64,000 bases of DNA from Chthoniobacterales bacterium. GTDB lineage: Bacteria > Verrucomicrobiota > Verrucomicrobiia > Chthoniobacterales > Chthoniobacteraceae. This document shows positions 61,701 to 64,000 of this stretch, one piece after another. The stretch covers positions 1 through 64,000 of the forward strand of contig JBBQZX010000020.1 of NCBI GenBank assembly GCA_038207335.1, read 5' to 3'. The notes below the pieces were generated by a model. The model did no database searches, was not told the origin of the DNA, and saw nothing but the letters and a program-made list of their open reading frames with translations. Positions within the stretch are counted from its first letter, which is position 1; each line of letters opens with the position of its first letter. The position numbers were made by a program, and so were the translations under genes.

Positions 61701-63436
61701 CCATTGTTGGTGGAAATCTTGCCGGCGCTGATTGTCGTCCCGCCAGCGAAAGTGTTCGTCCCCGTGAGAAACAGGGTGGCCGTGCCCATCTTGGAAAGGG
61801 CGAACGAGTTCGCGCCCGCGCCGCCGAGAATGCCGATCGTCGCGCTCAAGCCAAAGGTCGAGTCGGCTGCGGTATTGATCGTGAGCGTCGGGGTGCCCGC
61901 GCCGGAATTGATCACGCGCGACGCTCCGGTGGAAGCCGCCGCCACGGTCAGCGAGGGCAGCGTTTGGTTGAAACTATTGAGATCGAACGTCGGCGTCGAG
62001 CCAGTACCTTGGTTCAGAATCATCGCCTTGTCGGTAGGCAGCGCATCGTTCTTTCCAAGCTTGATCGTGCCGTCCTGAACCGCGATCTGGGAATAGCTCA
62101 GGCCTGTGGCGTTCGGAGTCAGCGTCCAGGTGCTGTTATCGGTCTTGTTTAACGCAGTCGGCGTGATGATCGATCCTGTAAAAGTGCCAGTGCCGCCAGC
62201 GCCGCGCAGAGTGAGTGTGCCGGTGAAGCCGCCGCCCGCCGTGATGTCGCTGCTCACCGTGAAAACGCCGGTCGCTTGAATCGCGACGATGTCGGTGCCG
62301 TTCACCTGAATCGGACCCGCAAATGAGCCGCCGCCCGTACCGAAGAGCGAGGTTCGACGGCTGCTGCCGGTGGAGTTCGAGTTCATTACGAGGCTCACGC
62401 CGGAGCCGATCGCAGCGCCATTGATTTCCAAAATCGTGCCCGTGCCACCCACCACCGTCGTGCTCGGATTCAGCGTCACCACTCCGCTCGTCAGCGCGTT
62501 GTTGCTCACGAGGCGTAAAGTGGTGATCGCGGTGGTCAGACCGTTGTTCGAATCCACCGTCACGTTGCCTGTGTAACCGCTGTTGTCCCCACTCAGGACA
62601 GCCGTGCCCGTGCCCGTCACACCGAGCGCGCCATTGCCCGAAAGATTACCGGACGCCGTCAGCGCCGTCGCATTTGCCACGGACACGATGCCGCCGCCGG
62701 GGTTCAGCACGATCGCCCGCGACGCTCCGAGATCGAGCGTCGCTGTCGTGCGCAAGGTGCCGCCAGCGAAGGCAAGCACGTTCGTCGCCGAGCCGTCGCC
62801 AAGATTCGCGGTATTCGAGATGCTCAACTGCCCCGCGTTGATCGCAGTGGGGCCGCTGTAAATATTCGTCCCGCCCAGTACCAGCGTCCCCGCGCCGATC
62901 TTCGTGAATCCAGTCGTCCCCGCGATGATGCTGCCGATCGTCGCCGTGTCGCCCGCCGCCGTGACGCCGATCGTCGGCGTCGCGCCCGCCAGTGTGAGCA
63001 CGTCAGCCGGAATGCTGGAGACGATGTTGTAGCCGGTCGTGTTGAAAGTGAGGCCATTTGCGATCACACCCGCTCCACCGTTGTTGATCGTCACCGTGCC
63101 CGCAGCACCTTGAAACACCGCGATCGAGTCCGCGAGATTCGGCCACGCAACGTTGTCGGCACCAACCGGGTCAGTCCCCGTAAGGTCCCAGAAAAGATTT
63201 GCCGGCGCAGTGCTCCAAGTGCCGGTTCCGCCAAGTAAGCCATCGCCATCGGCGGTCGGATCCCAGTAAAAAGTCGCAGCATGGGAGGCAGCAGCCATGC
63301 CGAGGACAGCGACGACGGTCGCAGCAGAGCCAAGCCGCGCCAGCGAATAGCTTAGAGGCCGCGGTTTGCGCGACCGAATGTGAGAGGAGTCGAGGAGGCT
63401 GGGCGCGGAGGAGGAGAAGGTTGTCATAGAGCGCAT
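55727..63436 (-). CDS. Giant (2569 aa) PEP-CTERM surface protein with PATR repeats
   Basis: Signal peptide nearly identical to gene 2; PATR repeats; no PA14 motif seen; C-terminal VPEPNAFAMLLASVGVALGLNRFRRRVA. Confidence 0.92.
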   Translation of the reverse strand: MRSMTTFSSSAPSLLDSSHIRSRKPRPLSYSLARLGSAATVVAVLGMAAASHAATFYWDPTADGDGLLGGTGTWSTAPANLFWDLTGTDPVGADNVAWPNLADSIAVFQGAAGTVTINNGGAGVIANGLTFNTTGYNIVSSIPADVLTLAGATPTIGVTAAGDTATIGSIIAGTTGFTKIGAGTLVLGGTNIYSGPTAINAGQLSISNTANLGDGSATNVLAFAGGTLRTTATLDLGASRAIVLNPGGGIVSVANATALTASGNLSGNGALGVTGTGTAVLSGDNSGYTGNVTVDSNNGLTTAITTLRLVSNNALTSGVVTLNPSTTVVGGTGTILEINGAAIGSGVSLVMNSNSTGSSRRTSLFGTGGGSFAGPIQVNGTDIVAIQATGVFTVSSDITAGGGFTGTLTLRGAGGTGTFTGSIITPTALNKTDNSTWTLTPNATGLSYSQIAVQDGTIKLGKNDALPTDKAMILNQGTGSTPTFDLNSFNQTLPSLTVAAASTGASRVINSGAGTPTLTINTAADSTFGLSATIGILGGAGANSFALSKMGTATLFLTGTNTFAGGTTISAGKISTNNGSGLGTGPVSIPTGGTLETTAAVTVANAITLSGGTLTSTGFQLTLGAGGLTFAADSTVNTTTGPTASKVLAGANLLTGAVGTTISKIGAGDFQINGAQPNLHSNWNVSAGYLELQNATAAGDGVVTVSGTGEVVNSNVNVGNAITLNTGTTISANSGANGIYSGPITLAGDAVAGLRFFQTVTTANSFTINGDVSGPGGLTVNSGSSTTQGTLTLSGTNSFAGVTGITNANVRYSSSAAIAGAGANVTVNANGAAAAGYAIDQAFLGRIVNTSVGAVALGGVNSSNNLDFSAAGANFTAASLGATGAASYTGTLTPNGTTYRLGGGGGTLTLPNANALTGANDLVVQNVGTVVLANTNDLTGTTTVNSGTLVLAADNALVSSNITVAGGTLQIGAGGLTGSIGTGTLAVNGTLTLNRGDRAYTFAAPLTGTGTIVQAANGKINITGGNIPRLQFSNNGAVDVQNVATTLGVDGGVLLQVTGGVYGEVNASTGGSLLLTPNNGDVGAVAGATLVINAPIADGTGSALDFFNAGIGTVILNGANTYTGATNIQSGVVVASLLNKVTGGSASSSLGAPTTVGNGTINVGGSNTSTLRYVGTGETTDRVINLAGTTAGAILEQSGSGVLGFSSNFTATGAGIKTLTLTGYGAGSGLISGAIVNSASATNLTKTGPVAWSLNGANTYTGVTTLAGGTLTLDFANATPTANILAATSTLTTGAGTLALTGKASTTNSQTVASTTVALGGSAISLTANATANPLVLNLGAITRNAGGVVNFTLPTGTQSATNGVTTSTGNGAGGILGGYATVGGTDWATKSGTNIIALAAGSYTAMPTTGGTITVNYALSGASTLTGATTFNSLKITDTAAAQALALGANAMTFSGTAGGLLYAGGTSNAYTISGTGVIGAGTANEFIVNTNTGASLTISAPLVSSTATAGSLTKSGAGTLTPTAVSAFTGSINLTGGVLAASLTNTATTVLGGQLGTTFRMMNFTNGATFRATNTYNDNGPSATNTGFVFNFGAGGGTLDVGSGFTLTLDDGSGAGVASTNAELQGSGDLTKIGVGTLSLGNGTSNFSNFAGRIFVNAGTLTFGGTSGGVNPLGSVAAGTFVASGAGINLNGGTNAAAEPLTLNGTGTASLGALTNGSATNASFAGLITLASDTSIGGSSGGAITLNAPLIGTGKLTKVGTNLLTLGGGNTYTGGTAVSAGSLVLSRLSAVPTTGAFTVAAGATLGLNVGGNGEFQNSDVATQLANTTFANNTSVLSLDTTNALGGTFTSAAVTGAVGFAKTGTGTLILPVSTYTGATVVAAGTLQTSADNGLPATALTLGANLSTVGTLDLNGFNQSFASVSTALNSGTAANVITVANNRTLTVNGNVSIGPVATVANQTSRLNIGGGGDLIVATAAGGTVRVGGNTTSAFSEAATLDLTGLNSASINVSATGTIGVGNTTGTNVVGNTGTLLLPTPAVASGTAVTTLAANNFNIGDGGGNNAGAGQINSAVLGTGLTTINANNVNIGTGGRDVGSLTIAAGNGTVVLRNAAGTGRAAFSVGGSSGVTGVNNGAGVTGNLADFTGHSSDLLISSLTIGNQGRTATQNYDFKFDAGTLDATSVAVGNDTVGSATNVPGIAGTTLTSTLQIGGGNVTVGSGGVSMGTVSGTRGGSTSAATAIADVGNFNITGGTVNIGTTGAFSIQLANLTSANAFVSTSDSFSVTGGTVTLAGAITSASTTRTTTSVTLDGGTLDLTGHAIGGLTAITNLNFRSGTLSNVASINNGTGLAKTGPGTLILAGTNSYPGPTSVTDGRLLVNGSISGSAATVSGATATLGGSGTVLSVAADTGGTVAPGNSPGVLTVASTFSLDSTSHLAIEISAPGVAGVTYDQLSVGGAISLGGASLDVASTFAGGNTQDIFTIILNNSGSAVTGTFAGLANAGIVSAPNGQMYQISYFDDPSTPTVFETSGGNSVALLAVPEPNAFAMLLASVGVALGLNRFRRRVA

Positions 63437-63488
63437 GGCGGGAGTTTGGGGGCTGACGCGCGCGGGAAATCCGTGCGCACCTTACTAA

Positions 63489-63540
63489 ACCGTAACCTCG
63501 AATAATTCCCTGAAAAGCGGAATTATTTCCTGCTCGCAAC
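63489..63540 (-). promoter_or_regulatory. Promoter of giant gene 3 with degenerate palindrome and an overlapping inverted repeat
   Basis: TTTTCA-N16-TACGGT; ATTTCctgctcGCAAC at 63525-63540; AATAATTCC-N9-GGAATTATT at 63501-63527. Confidence 0.5.
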
Positions 63541-63600
63541 TTTTGTTGCTATACTCGGAAACCTAAGTGTGCAGCCCGCCCGGCTAAGCGTCGCGCCTCC

Positions 63601-64000
63601 CTATTTCCCCACGTAGATCGCCTCATTTGGCCAATCTTTGCGGATATAACCCTGCTCCATGTTCACGGGCATCACGTAGTTCCGCATGACTCGGACGGGT
63701 GAGAGCACGCGGACGGTCTGGATTTCCTCGATCGAGTCTTCTCCGTGGTTTCTCCGCAGGCTGGGAATCAGTTTTTCCTGCACGGTCTGCACGATGTCCG
63801 TCTCGCTCGCGCCGTCGATGAAGAGCAGCATTGCGAGCTTTCCATCGATCTCCGCGATGTGGCTCTCGAAGATCACCTCGGTGAAAATCGAACGCACGAA
63901 TGGCTCCCGCTGGATGTCGTCGATGAGCTGTTTGTAGGTGATCCCGATGCGGAATTTGATCGTGTAAAGATGCCGCGTCGTGAATTGCCCGGTGCCGTGC
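63601..64000 (-). CDS. C-terminal part of a gene running off the window; tentatively an Lrp/AsnC-like transcriptional regulator
   Basis: Frame is open to the edge (HGTGQFTTRHLYTIKFRIG...KDWPNEAIYVGK). Regulator call rests on recalled resemblance only; no HTH is visible in the window. Confidence 0.4.
   Translation of the reverse strand, partial: HGTGQFTTRHLYTIKFRIGITYKQLIDDIQREPFVRSIFTEVIFESHIAEIDGKLAMLLFIDGASETDIVQTVQEKLIPSLRRNHGEDSIEEIQTVRVLSPVRVMRNYVMPVNMEQGYIRKDWPNEAIYVGK

Noticed and set aside
31796..62861. Many plus-strand Val/Pro-rich or Arg-rich ORFs within the giant genes
   Set aside because: Antisense translations of Thr/Gly/Asn-rich repeats
31430..63436. CRISPR array, CDI/RHS toxin or classical autotransporter interpretation of the repeats
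   Set aside because: Repeats are degenerate protein-level PATR units; no constant repeat-spacer pattern, cas genes, toxin-immunity pairs or C-terminal barrel seen
44015..63600. Sigma-54 promoters for the PEP-CTERM genes
   Set aside because: No convincing TGGC-type GG-N10-GC found in the proximal upstream regions; a sigma-70-like layout fits better

Overview
High-GC bacterial window. PEP-CTERM/PATR giant proteins and the general gene content suggest Verrucomicrobiota, possibly Chthoniobacterales-like; this is inference. Left part (1-23.6 kb): a type I R-M methyltransferase gene (hsdM) frameshifted at a 7-bp tandem repeat, a large secreted FlgD/beta-propeller/sugar-binding protein, an HEXXH metallopeptidase and a MidA/NDUFAF7-type methyltransferase. 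Then a class A PBP with a degenerate transpeptidase SxxK motif, an isolated nuoB-nuoC pair, an MFS transporter, a Tat-exported TIM-barrel protein, a NUDIX hydrolase, surA-pdxA-orf-gmhB-kdsB-pyrG, an APC permease with a secreted hypothetical, and the RNase P RNA gene. Right part (23.7-64 kb) is a cell-surface locus. A type IV pilin with a sigma-54-type promoter sits among three GT-C-like membrane glycosyltransferases (one with TPRs) and a GT2-methyltransferase fusion. These are followed by three tandem giant (about 4190, 3670 and 2570 aa) PATR-repeat PEP-CTERM proteins, two of them with PA14 domains. The three giant genes share a promoter architecture with an ATTGC-N6-GCAAT palindrome, and two share conserved N- and C-terminal caps around different cores. 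The best candidate for an undescribed system is this putative protein-glycosylation plus giant-adhesin/pilin locus. All family calls come from motif recognition by eye, not database searches.
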